A DNA stretch of 64,000 bases from Myxococcota bacterium (GTDB lineage Bacteria; Myxococcota_A; UBA796; UBA2385): positions 128,001-192,000 of the forward strand of contig JBIJDH010000008.1 in the NCBI GenBank assembly GCA_044344255.1, in the 5' to 3' direction. The notes below the pieces were generated by a model. The model ran no database searches and had not been told where the DNA came from. It saw nothing but the letters and a program-made list of their open reading frames with translations. A program made the position numbers and the translations under genes. Of this stretch, positions 19,017 to 28,357 are shown piece by piece; the stretch's first letter is position 1; the number at the start of each line of letters is the position of its first letter.

Positions 19017-20285
19017 ATGTCTGAGTCCGCCCCGCTGGCCGAGGCCAGCCCCGCCACCCCGCGCGCAACCTACGCGCTCGGGCTGCTCTGCGTCGTCTAC
19101 CTCCTCAACTTCCTCGATCGCACGCTCATCTTCGTCCTGTTTCCGCCCATCAAGGCCGAGCTCCACTTCACCGACACGCAGCTCGCCCTGCTCGGCAGCA
19201 CCTCCTTCGTGCTGTTCTACACGGTGCTCGGGATCCCCTTCGGCCGCCTCGCAGACCGCGTGTCCCGCACCCGGATGATCGCGGTGGGCCTCGCGGTCTG
19301 GAGCCTCTTCTCGGGGCTCACCGGCTTCGCCGACAGCTTCGCCACCCTCTTCTTCTGCCGCGTGATGGTGGGCGTGGGCGAGGCCACCCTCGGGCCGGCG
19401 GCGATGTCCCTGCTGTCTGACCTCTTCCCTGCGCATCGGCGCGCCACGGTGCAGTCGATCTACTCGGCGGGCATCCCCCTCGGCGCGGCCGCCGCCATCT
19501 TCCTCGGCGGGCACATCGGCGGCGAGTGGGGCTGGCGGACCGCCTTCTACGTCCTCGGCTTCCCCGGCCTCTTCCTCGCCGGCCTCGTGCTGGCGCTGGC
19601 CGAGCCCCCCCGCGGCCGCACCGAGGCCGCCAGCGCCGCCGAGGCCCCGCCCGACTGGCGCGTGCTGCTTCGCAGCATCCCCCTCCGCTACCACATCGCC
19701 GGCTACGCGCTGATGGCGGTGGCCGGGAACTCGCTCTCGATCTGGCTGCCGAGCCTCCTCGCGCGCCACTGGCAGATGCCGCTCAGCGACATCGGCAACT
19801 TCGGCGGCTTCGCCACCGCGCTCTCGGGCGGCCTCGCCACGGCCTTCGGCGGCGCGGGCGCCGACGTGCTGCGCCGTAAGGACCGCGGCGGTCGCCTCCG
19901 CTTCTCGCTCATCCTCGCCCTCCTCTGCACGCCGCTCTGGATCCTGCTGCTCTGGTCGCCCGTGCTCATCGGGGTCAAGCTCGCCTGGTTCCTGCTCGCC
20001 GGCTTCGGGCTCGCCTGGCTCGGCCCCGCGGCGGCCGACGTGCACGACATCGTCGGGCCGAAGCTCCGGGGGCTCGGCATCGCGGTCTACTTCTTCTTCG
20101 TCAACATCGTGGGCTACGGCGTCGCCCCCCTCATCGTGGGCGCGCTCAACGACCGAATGGGCGTCGCCGCCGATCCCGGCCTCATGCGCACCATCCTCCT
20201 GCTCTGCCCCGCCGCCTGCCTGCTCGCCGCCCTCTGCTTCTTCATCGGCAGCCGCAAGCTCGCCGCCGAGCCGCACCGGGCCTGA
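19017..20285 (+). CDS. MFS transporter (spinster-like)
   Basis: NFLDR, GRLADRVSR, GVGEA, multiple TM helices. Confidence 0.93.
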   Translation: MSESAPLAEASPATPRATYALGLLCVVYLLNFLDRTLIFVLFPPIKAELHFTDTQLALLGSTSFVLFYTVLGIPFGRLADRVSRTRMIAVGLAVWSLFSGLTGFADSFATLFFCRVMVGVGEATLGPAAMSLLSDLFPAHRRATVQSIYSAGIPLGAAAAIFLGGHIGGEWGWRTAFYVLGFPGLFLAGLVLALAEPPRGRTEAASAAEAPPDWRVLLRSIPLRYHIAGYALMAVAGNSLSIWLPSLLARHWQMPLSDIGNFGGFATALSGGLATAFGGAGADVLRRKDRGGRLRFSLILALLCTPLWILLLWSPVLIGVKLAWFLLAGFGLAWLGPAAADVHDIVGPKLRGLGIAVYFFFVNIVGYGVAPLIVGALNDRMGVAADPGLMRTILLLCPAACLLAALCFFIGSRKLAAEPHRA

Positions 20286-20336
20286 TCCGCGCCGGCGCCC
20301 TCGCCCGGCCGCCGCGACGGGCTAAGCCGCGGCCCC

Positions 20337-21602
20337 GTGAGCACCCCCCTCGCCGCGCTCCAGAGCCCCGCCTTCCGCCGCTACCAGGTGGCGCGGCTCT
20401 GTACGATCCTGGCCACCCAGACGATCTCGGTCGCGGTGGGCTGGCAGGTCTATGACCAGTCGCGAGAGCCCCTCTCCCTCGGCCTGATCGGCCTCTTCCA
20501 GTTCGTGCCCCACCTCCTGCTCTTCCCGCTCACGGGGGCCGTCGCCGACCGCTTCGACCGGAAGCGGGTGGTGATGGCCTGCTACGCGGTCTTCCTAACC
20601 ACGAGCCTCAGCCTCGCGGTCATCGCCAGCCTCCACCTGCCCGTGGTCTGGCCGATCTACGCGGTGCTCGTGCTGCACGCCGCCGGGCGCTCCTTCTACA
20701 GCCCCGCCGCCCAGGCCTTCCTCCCCGAGACCGTGCCCGTCGAGGTCTACTCGGGGGCGATGACCCTCTCCTCCTCGCTCTACTCCTTCGGCTCCATCGC
20801 CGGGCCGGCGCTCGGAGGCGTGGTCTACGCCGTGTCGGGGAGCGCGGCGGTCACCTACAGCATGGCCCTGGTGCTGCTGCTCATCGCCCTCGTCGTGATC
20901 ACGCCGGTGCGGCCACAACGGACGGGGCGAGCGCCGCGGGAGCCGGGGGTGTCGAGGTCCGCCGAGGTGCTGGCGGGCCTGCGATTCATCTTCGCCCACC
21001 CCATCATCCTCGGCGCGATCACGCTCGACCTCTTCGCGGTGCTGCTCGGCGGGGCGGTGGCCCTCCTGCCCATCTTCGCCCGCGACATCCTCCACACCGG
21101 CCCCTGGGGCCTCGGCCTCTTGCGGGCGGCCCCCTCGATCGGGGCGCTGCTCTTCGCGCTGCTGCTCGCCCGCTTCCCGATCCGCGGGGGCGCTGGCTGG
21201 AAGCTGCTCGTCGCGGTCGCGGCCTTCGGGGCGGCCACCGTGGTCTTTGGCCTGTCCACGACCTTCTGGCTCAGCCTCTTCGCCCTCTTCTGCGCCGGGG
21301 CGGCCGATGAGGTGTCGGTGGTGATCCGCCTCAACCTCGTCCAGCTCAACACGCCCGATCACCTGCGCGGCCGGGTCACGGCGGCGGAGTTCGTGTTCAT
21401 CACAGTGTCGAATGAGCTCGGCGAGATGGAGTCCGGCCTCGCCGCCGCGGCCTTCGGGGCCGTGCCCGCCGTGGTGCTCGGGGGCGTCGGGAGCATCGTC
21501 GTGGCCTGTGTCACCGCGCTCGTGGCCCCCCGCCTCCGCTCCGTGGACAGCCTCGCCCCCGCGCGGGGGTTGGACAGCCCTACGGGATCATCAGCGACTT
21601 GA
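20337..21602 (+). CDS. MFS transporter (EntS/DHA3-like)
   Basis: GAVADRFDRK, LDLFAVLLGG, TPDHLRGRV, SNELGEMESG. Confidence 0.92.
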   Translation: MSTPLAALQSPAFRRYQVARLCTILATQTISVAVGWQVYDQSREPLSLGLIGLFQFVPHLLLFPLTGAVADRFDRKRVVMACYAVFLTTSLSLAVIASLHLPVVWPIYAVLVLHAAGRSFYSPAAQAFLPETVPVEVYSGAMTLSSSLYSFGSIAGPALGGVVYAVSGSAAVTYSMALVLLLIALVVITPVRPQRTGRAPREPGVSRSAEVLAGLRFIFAHPIILGAITLDLFAVLLGGAVALLPIFARDILHTGPWGLGLLRAAPSIGALLFALLLARFPIRGGAGWKLLVAVAAFGAATVVFGLSTTFWLSLFALFCAGAADEVSVVIRLNLVQLNTPDHLRGRVTAAEFVFITVSNELGEMESGLAAAAFGAVPAVVLGGVGSIVVACVTALVAPRLRSVDSLAPARGLDSPTGSSAT

Positions 21603-22566
21603 GGAGGGAGTCGGGGCAGCCGTCCTCGTCGTTCAGGTCATTGATCGTCTCGGCGTCAGCGGGGCACTGGTCCAAAGCATCTTCGATGCCGTCCTGATCG
21701 CGGTCGCCGGCCACCGCTCCGTCGCCGGGGTCGGGCTCGGTCACGAGCGGGTTGGGGTGCTTGCGGATGAGGAAGTCATCGAGGTTGACCGGCGCAGGCT
21801 CCTCGGGGGCGCTCACGGTCCCGCTCAGGCCCTCCCGAACACCGGGGAGATCGAGGACCGGCGTGGTGCGGTAGGCGATCGCCACCGGCTCGAGGCTGGC
21901 CTGCGAGCAAGCCATCGACAGCGAGGCCTCGGCAGAGCCCAGCATCACGAAGCGGCCACCCGCGTCGACGCGCCCGCAGGTCTGCTCGGCGATCTCGGCG
22001 GTGAGCACCTCCTGGACGACGTACATCGCCGAGAGATCGGCGCCGCCCCGCCCGGCCGCGACGAGCACCTCGCGGCAAGCCGGAGTGGGCACCATCTTCA
22101 AGAGCGGCAGCGCGACGTGCTCCGGAGTGCCGAATTTCACCTTCTTCACGAGGCTGCCGCCGGCCTGGACACGACCCGCGCCCACGTCGACGCTGACCCC
22201 GGCTTGCAGCTGCGTCACCACCTCGGCGGCGGTGTAGGTGCTGCGGCTCGCGGCGACGGTGAAGCAGTCGTCGATCTGCAGGCGGTCGCCCTGCCCAGAG
22301 CGCTGGAAGACGTAGCCGACCTTGAAGGCGCCCGAGAGCTCGGGCGTGGGCGACCAGCCCGTGCGCTCGAGGAGGCGCGCCAGGGCGGGGATATCGCCGG
22401 CGTTGGCCGCGGGGCCGCTGTCCGAAACGAGCTCCCCCTCGATCTGCTGCTGCGCCTTCTCCCTCGCCGAGCCCCGCTCCCGGGCCGCGGCCGAGCCACC
22501 CAGGAGCAGGAGCGCGGCGGCGAGACGCAGGGGGAAGGCGGAGGTGGGGGTCCAGCGGGGGATCAT
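21580..22566 (-). CDS. Secreted hypothetical protein with thrombospondin type 3-like Ca-binding repeat
   Basis: Signal peptide and C-terminal DRDQDGIEDALDQCP..DEDGCPD. Confidence 0.7.
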   Translation of the reverse strand: MIPRWTPTSAFPLRLAAALLLLGGSAAARERGSAREKAQQQIEGELVSDSGPAANAGDIPALARLLERTGWSPTPELSGAFKVGYVFQRSGQGDRLQIDDCFTVAASRSTYTAAEVVTQLQAGVSVDVGAGRVQAGGSLVKKVKFGTPEHVALPLLKMVPTPACREVLVAAGRGGADLSAMYVVQEVLTAEIAEQTCGRVDAGGRFVMLGSAEASLSMACSQASLEPVAIAYRTTPVLDLPGVREGLSGTVSAPEEPAPVNLDDFLIRKHPNPLVTEPDPGDGAVAGDRDQDGIEDALDQCPADAETINDLNDEDGCPDSLLKSLMIP

Positions 22567-22640
22567 CGGCGCTCCAGGTGAGCAGCGTATCCAGCGCGAC
22601 GCGCCCGCCCCCCACCGGGCCCCCAGATCGAGGAACCCGT

Positions 22641-22673
22641 TTGTGGAACCAATTGTGGAACCCTTTGTGGAAC
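22641..22673. promoter_or_regulatory. Three direct repeats TTGTGGAAC with 12-bp period
   Basis: Exact copies at 22641, 22653 and 22665 between divergent genes. Confidence 0.55.
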
Positions 22674-22811
22674 GAGACGCCCCTCCCCCCCTCCCGCGGA
22701 GGGGGGGACAAGGGATAGGGGGCCCCACTCGCCCCGGTCTGCCCTGCAGCCCGGCTCCCCCCGCGCGGCCCTCCGCGCCCACCTCCCCCGCGTTGTCCCC
22801 CGGAGGCCAAC

Positions 22812-25800
22812 TTGGCCGGTCCCCGCCTGATCCAGGACGCGCCCGACGCACCCGAAGAGCCCGGCAGCCAGGACGTCGAGGGCCTGCTGGCCGAGCTCCG
22901 AAAGGCCCGAGAAGAGGCCCGCTGGGCCCGCGCCGAGGCCCTCGCCGCCTCGGCGAAGGTCGATCGCGCCGCCACGCAGGTCCAGCAGGCCCGCGCCGAG
23001 ACCGAGGCTGCCTTTCACGACGCGGCTTACGCCCGCGCCGAGGTCCGCGCCGCCGAGGAGGCCGAAGAGCTGGCCCGCCAAGCCATGGACTCCCTCAACA
23101 GCGACCTGCGGTCCGCGAAGCTCGACCTCGACCTCGTCAAGGCCGACGCCGCCCAGCGCGTGAAGGCCGCCGACGCCGACGTCCACGCCGCCCGCACCGA
23201 GACCCGCACCCTCCGCGCCCAGATCGAGGGCCTCCGCGAGAACCTGCGGGACGCCGACCGGGCCCGCGAGGAGGCAAAGGAGCAGGCCGAAGAGGCCCGC
23301 GAGGTGGCGCTCGGCGCCTCGGCGGAGCGAGATCAGGCCGCCCAGAAGGCCCTCGTGTTGGTGGCCCAGGTCAACGCCGCCTGCGCCGAGACCGCCGAGG
23401 CCCGGAGCGCCCTCGCCGCCGCCCGCGCGGAGTCGGAGGGCCTGCGGATCGAGGCCGCGGCCCTGGACAAGTCGAACAACTACCTCGAGGCCCTGCGGGT
23501 CCGCACCGAGGAAGACCTCCGCCTCCTCCGCGGTGAGCGCGACCGCCTCCTCCGCCGCGCCGACGCCGCGGAGGCCCAGCTCCCCGGCCTGGAGGCCGCT
23601 CGAGGCGCGCTCACCGTCGAGCGCGACCAGCTCCGCGCCGAGGCCCAAGCCCTCCGCCAGCGGGCGGAGTCCGCGGAGAACGAAGGCCGACAGCTGCACA
23701 CCGCCTCCGACACCTGGCGGAGCACCGCCGAGGCCCGCTCGGCCGAGCTCGACACGCTGCAGGGCCGCATCGTCGAGGTCGAGCGCCAGCGGGAGGCCAC
23801 TCACGCCGCCCTCGACGCGGCCCAGGCGGAGAGCCGAAAGCTCCTGGCCCGACGCGACGCCGCCCGGCTGGAGATCGAGCAGCTTCAAGCGAACCAGAGC
23901 GGCCTCGTGGGCCAGCTCCACGCCTTGAGCGACGAGATCTTGAGGCTCCAGGACGAGCTGGACCGCGCCTCGCAAGCCACGGCCGCCGCGCAGGCGCAGG
24001 TGGAGCGCACCCGCGTCGAGCTCGAGCGGAGCCGCGGCGAGGTGGAGCGACTCGCGGCCGCCGAGGCCGGCCAGCGAGAGCTCGCCGCTCGAGCCGCCGC
24101 TGAGGCCGAGCGGGCCCGTCAAGAGTCCACGGCTGCCCTCCAGCGGGTGATCGAGGCGGAGCAGGAACGCGACCTCGCGATCCAGGCCGCGGGCGCCGAG
24201 CGAGACGAGGCCTTCGTCACCGCCCGCGCCGAGCGAGACGAGGCCATCGGCGCCGCCCGCGGAGAGCGAGACGAGGCCATCGGCGCCGCCCGCGCCGAGC
24301 GAGACGAGGCCATCGACGCCGCCCGCGCAGAGGCCACGGCCGCCGTTGCCCGCGCAGAGGCCGAGCTGGCCCGCGTGACCCGCGAAGCGCAGCGCTCGAT
24401 CGAGTCCGCCGAGCGGGCGGCGACCGAGGCAGAGTCGGCCCGCCAGCGGATGGAGGCCGGGCTGGAGGCCGCACGCGCCCGCGCCATCGAAGCCGCCAAC
24501 GCCGAGAAGGACGCGGCCATCGCCGAGGCTCGCGCGCGCGCCGCCCAGTCGGTCGCGGAGGCCCAGACGATCGCGGCGAAGGCCATCGCCGAGGCCGCGC
24601 TGGAGCGAGATCGGGCCGTGACGACCGCCCGCGACGAGCGGGACACCGCGGTGGCCGCGGCCGATGCCGAGCGGGACGCCGCCGTCGACGCCGCGAGAGA
24701 CGAGGCCCGCAGCGCCTGGCTCCAGGCCCGCACCGCCGCCGCCGAGGCCGAGCAGGCCCGCGAGGCGGCCGACTTCACGCGTCGGGAGGCGGACCGCGCC
24801 CACACCGCCGAGGCGCGCGCCGAGGCGGAGGCCGCAGGCGCCGTCACGGCCCGAGAGGAGGCCCTGGAGGCGCTCCGCCGAGCCGAGCTCGAGGCCGATC
24901 GCGCCCAGACCGAGCGCGAGACCGCCTTCCGGGCCGCCGAGGCCGCGAGGACAGAGACCGCCCGCGCCACAGCGCAGCGAGAGCAGGCCGAGGCCCAGGC
25001 CGAGCAGGCCCGCCGCGAGGCCGACGCCGCCCGCTCCGAGCGCGACCGGTCGATGGGAGAGAGCCGCAGCGCGCTGCAGCAGGCCCTGGAGTCCGAGGCG
25101 CGGCGTCAGCAGGCCCTCGCCGATCGGGCCGAGGCCCTGGCGGCGGCAGAGCGCACCGCCCAGGAGGCTCGGGAAGAGGCCGCGCGGGCCTGGGCTCAGG
25201 CGCGTCAGGACATCCAACAGGCCCGCACCACCGCAGCGAGCCAGGTCGCCGAGGCGGAGTCGAGGCGAGACGCCGCCGAGGCCGAGCGCGAGCGCGCCGT
25301 CGCCGAGGCCGGCCGCGACCGCGCCGAGGCCAGCCGCTCTGCGGCCGACCGCGACGCCGCCCACGAGGCCCGAGAGCGGGCCCTCGCCGAGGCCGAGGCC
25401 GCGCGGGGGCTCGCCCACCGCGCCCTCCTCGCTCAGCGGGTCGCCGAGCAGGCAGCAGAGCGCGCGATCGGCGAAGCCGAGGTCGCCGCCGCAGAGGCCG
25501 TGGCCGCCGCCCGAGTCGCCGAGGGGGCCCACGTTCGCGCTCAGGAGGCCGACGAGCGGGCGCGCCAGCACCTCCTCGCCGAGGCCGAGGCTCGTCAGGT
25601 CGCCGAGGCCGCCGAGGCGCGCGCCGCGGGCGCCCTCACCCAGCAGGCCCGCGCCGAATCGGAGGCCGAGGCCGCCCTGGCGCGAGCCCGACAGGCCGAA
25701 GAGGACCGCGAGCTGGCGCTGAGCGCCGCCGGCCGGGTGCTCGTCACCGCCACCCGCGCAGGAGACGCGGCGGAGCGCAGCCGCGCCGAGCGAGACCGCG

Positions 25801-26867
25801 CACAAGCCCTGGCCGACGCCGCCGCTGAGCGCGCCGCCGAGGCCGAGGCCGAGCTCGCCCTGCGGACGCGCCTCGTCGCCGACCTTCAGGTCGAGCGAGA
25901 CCGGGCCCAGGACGCCGCCGAGCAGCACCAGGACGCCCTGCTGGCCCTGCAAGAAGAGCTGCTGCGCGCCTTGGCTGAGGCCCGCGCCGCCCAAGCGGCC
26001 GCCGCCGCCCAGGAGGTGGAGGCAGAGACCGCCCTCCGCCTGAAGGCGGCGGCCGAGCGCGCCGCTGGGGAGGCCTTGGCGGCCGCCCACGCTGCCAAGG
26101 ACTCCGTCGAAGGGCTGCAGCTCGAGCGGGACACCGCGCTCGCGGCGGCCACGGTCGCGCGGGAGGAGGCCGACAAGGTCCTCCACCAGCGCAGCAACGC
26201 CCGCAACGAGGCCGCCCGGTACGCCGCAGAGCTCGAGCGGAGCCGCCTCGAGCTCCAGGGCCACATCGAGGAGGCCCGCGCCGCCATCGAGGCCCGCGAC
26301 GAGGCCCTCGCCGAGGCCAGCGCCGCCCGTCGGCAGCTCATGGCGGCCCTCTCCAACCGTGAGCAGTCCAGCCGGGCCGGCGAGGAGGCCCGCCGCCAGA
26401 GCGAGCAGGCCGAGTCCGTAGCCGAGGCCGCCCGCGCTGAGCGGGACGCCCTCCGCGCCGAGCGGGACACGATCCGAGAGGCCTTACACCGCGCGCGAGA
26501 GAACGAAGCGGCGCTGCTGTCCACGGCCGCGCAGAGCGTCCGTCGGGCGCAGGCCGAGGCCGAGGGCGTGCGCGCCCAGCTCAGTCAGCTCCAGGTCCAG
26601 CTGCGCCTCGGGGTCACCGAGTCCACCCGCGAGGTCCACGAGGCCCGGGGGCGCCTCGCAGGCACCGAGACCCAGCTCCTCGAGCTCCGCCAGATCGAGC
26701 TGCGGCTGCGCGCCGAGATCAGCGCCCTCGAAGAGCGGCTCCGCGCCGCACAGACCGAGGCCGAGGCGGCGCGAAACGAGCAGAGCGAGACCCTCGCCTG
26801 GGTGATGCGCACGGTGCGACCGGACCCGAGTCCGCGCCCGGACGTCCAGGCCCTCGAGGAGGCCTGA
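22812..26867 (+). CDS. Giant Ala/Glu/Arg-rich coiled-coil protein
   Basis: 1351-aa helical low-complexity ORF with strong GC3 bias. No ATPase, TM or signal motifs seen. Confidence 0.85.
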   Translation: MAGPRLIQDAPDAPEEPGSQDVEGLLAELRKAREEARWARAEALAASAKVDRAATQVQQARAETEAAFHDAAYARAEVRAAEEAEELARQAMDSLNSDLRSAKLDLDLVKADAAQRVKAADADVHAARTETRTLRAQIEGLRENLRDADRAREEAKEQAEEAREVALGASAERDQAAQKALVLVAQVNAACAETAEARSALAAARAESEGLRIEAAALDKSNNYLEALRVRTEEDLRLLRGERDRLLRRADAAEAQLPGLEAARGALTVERDQLRAEAQALRQRAESAENEGRQLHTASDTWRSTAEARSAELDTLQGRIVEVERQREATHAALDAAQAESRKLLARRDAARLEIEQLQANQSGLVGQLHALSDEILRLQDELDRASQATAAAQAQVERTRVELERSRGEVERLAAAEAGQRELAARAAAEAERARQESTAALQRVIEAEQERDLAIQAAGAERDEAFVTARAERDEAIGAARGERDEAIGAARAERDEAIDAARAEATAAVARAEAELARVTREAQRSIESAERAATEAESARQRMEAGLEAARARAIEAANAEKDAAIAEARARAAQSVAEAQTIAAKAIAEAALERDRAVTTARDERDTAVAAADAERDAAVDAARDEARSAWLQARTAAAEAEQAREAADFTRREADRAHTAEARAEAEAAGAVTAREEALEALRRAELEADRAQTERETAFRAAEAARTETARATAQREQAEAQAEQARREADAARSERDRSMGESRSALQQALESEARRQQALADRAEALAAAERTAQEAREEAARAWAQARQDIQQARTTAASQVAEAESRRDAAEAERERAVAEAGRDRAEASRSAADRDAAHEARERALAEAEAARGLAHRALLAQRVAEQAAERAIGEAEVAAAEAVAAARVAEGAHVRAQEADERARQHLLAEAEARQVAEAAEARAAGALTQQARAESEAEAALARARQAEEDRELALSAAGRVLVTATRAGDAAERSRAERDRAQALADAAAERAAEAEAELALRTRLVADLQVERDRAQDAAEQHQDALLALQEELLRALAEARAAQAAAAAQEVEAETALRLKAAAERAAGEALAAAHAAKDSVEGLQLERDTALAAATVAREEADKVLHQRSNARNEAARYAAELERSRLELQGHIEEARAAIEARDEALAEASAARRQLMAALSNREQSSRAGEEARRQSEQAESVAEAARAERDALRAERDTIREALHRARENEAALLSTAAQSVRRAQAEAEGVRAQLSQLQVQLRLGVTESTREVHEARGRLAGTETQLLELRQIELRLRAEISALEERLRAAQTEAEAARNEQSETLAWVMRTVRPDPSPRPDVQALEEA
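24195..24326 (+). repeat. 33-bp coding tandem repeat (AERDEAxxAAR x4)
   Basis: Near-identical gagcgagacgaggcc..gcccgc units. Confidence 0.85.
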
Positions 26868-26870
26868 GCC

Positions 26871-27737
26871 ATGGCCCAGCCCGAAGCGCTCCGCTGGGGG
26901 GTCGTCGGGCTCGGCTCGGCCGGTCGATCCCGCACCGAGGCCCTCCGACAAGACCCGCGCGCCGAGGTGATCTGCGGCTTTCGCGGCGGCGTGGCCGCGG
27001 CAGGGCTCCCGGTCGCCTCGAGCGTGGAGGCCTTGCTCGAAGAGGTAGACGCGGTCGCCATCTGCTCCCCCGATGACACCCACCCCGCCCTGGTCGAACA
27101 GGCGCTGCGTGCGGGCCGCCATGTGCTCGTCGAGTACCCGCTCGCGCCCGATCCCGACTCCGTGCACCGCCTCTTCGACCTCGCAGCCCAGGTCGGGAGG
27201 GTCCTCTACGTCGAGCACATCGAGGTGCTGGGCGCGGCCGCGCGCTTCATCCGTGAGCGGGCGGCCGGTCGCGAGCTCCACGGCGGCGCCCTCCGCTTCG
27301 TCGGCCTTCCACGGGCCGGCACCTGGTCGCTGGCCCACAGCAACGTGGCGCGCCTGCACCGCCTGGTCGACGCCGTCGGCTTCCCCGTCGCCGTCGAGTC
27401 CGAGACCCGCGAGCCGGACCACCTCACCGCGATCCTCCGCTACGATCGGCACTGCACCGTCGAGCTCGATCTCCGCGCCGAACCCGGCGCGCGGCGTCGC
27501 ATGGAGCTCGCGCTCCAGCTCCAGGGCGGCGATCTCCTCCAAGCCGGTGACATCGTCTTCGATCGCGGTCTCCCCGTGAACCTCGGCGACGGGCCGGGGC
27601 TCTTCCTCCGAGACCAGCGCATGGCCAGCGCCGCGATGCTCGACGGTGCCCCCCTCCCCATCGGCCCCGAGCGTGAGGCCGGCCTAGCCTCCTTGGCGAT
27701 GCGCCTCGCCGGCCCGACCGTCCGCCTCCCCGGCTGA
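26871..27737 (+). CDS. Gfo/Idh/MocA oxidoreductase, biliverdin reductase A-like
   Basis: GLGSAG, HVLVEYP, VEHIEVL, LFLRDQ. Confidence 0.8.
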   Translation: MAQPEALRWGVVGLGSAGRSRTEALRQDPRAEVICGFRGGVAAAGLPVASSVEALLEEVDAVAICSPDDTHPALVEQALRAGRHVLVEYPLAPDPDSVHRLFDLAAQVGRVLYVEHIEVLGAAARFIRERAAGRELHGGALRFVGLPRAGTWSLAHSNVARLHRLVDAVGFPVAVESETREPDHLTAILRYDRHCTVELDLRAEPGARRRMELALQLQGGDLLQAGDIVFDRGLPVNLGDGPGLFLRDQRMASAAMLDGAPLPIGPEREAGLASLAMRLAGPTVRLPG

Positions 27738-27904
27738 GCGCGCGAGGGCTGTCGATCCGATCAGGGATCGCGTCGCGATCGGCGACGCCGAGGTCGGGGC
27801 ACCCTGCTCGAAGATCTGCTGTCCGCCGATCGAATGGACCAAACCGTTGACACGTCAACAGAATATCTCGGTCCTACCGGACAGAATTGGTCCTAGCCTT
27901 CGCC

Positions 27905-27934
27905 TTGACGGTGGGGGGCCCAGGCCGGTAGACT
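27905..27934 (+). promoter_or_regulatory. Sigma-70-like promoter
   Basis: TTGACG-N18-TAGACT, followed by AGGAG RBS and ATG at 27959. Confidence 0.55.
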
Positions 27935-27958
27935 CTGGACACCAGTTCAGGAGTCCGC

Positions 27959-28306
27959 ATGTTCACCAGCTCGGTCGCTCACGCTGCAGATCTCGGCGGT
28001 TCCGCCTTCGGTCAGGCCGCTCTCGGTCAGGCCTCCTTCGGTCCGGCCGCCCTCGGCCCCGGCCTCGCCCCGTCCGGCTGGAGCACCCCCGCAGTTGAGG
28101 TCCTGACCGCCTTCTTCTCGGCGCGGCCCTTCGATCCGGCGCTGAGCGAGCTCCTCTGGACCGGCAGCGTCTCCACGCTCCTGCTGCTGGCCGGCGTCCT
28201 CACCGTCGCGATGTTGCCCTGGACTGACCGGGAGATCGGAGTGGTGCATGGGACGGCGCGCGGCCTCTTCTCGTGGGCGCCCCTGCGGGCCCTGGCTCGG
28301 CGCTGA
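27959..28306 (+). CDS. Small hypothetical membrane protein
   Basis: RBS and promoter upstream, pentapeptide-period N-terminal repeats, one hydrophobic helix. Confidence 0.55.
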   Translation: MFTSSVAHAADLGGSAFGQAALGQASFGPAALGPGLAPSGWSTPAVEVLTAFFSARPFDPALSELLWTGSVSTLLLLAGVLTVAMLPWTDREIGVVHGTARGLFSWAPLRALARR

Positions 28307-28357
28307 GCGGAGGCCCCGCCCTCCCTGACTGAACAGCCAGGGGGTTGCAGCCCGCGA

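Noticed and set aside
22563..26264. 1233-aa minus-strand ORF
   Set aside because: Antisense shadow of the coiled-coil gene, expected with extreme GC3 bias. No recognisable motifs.
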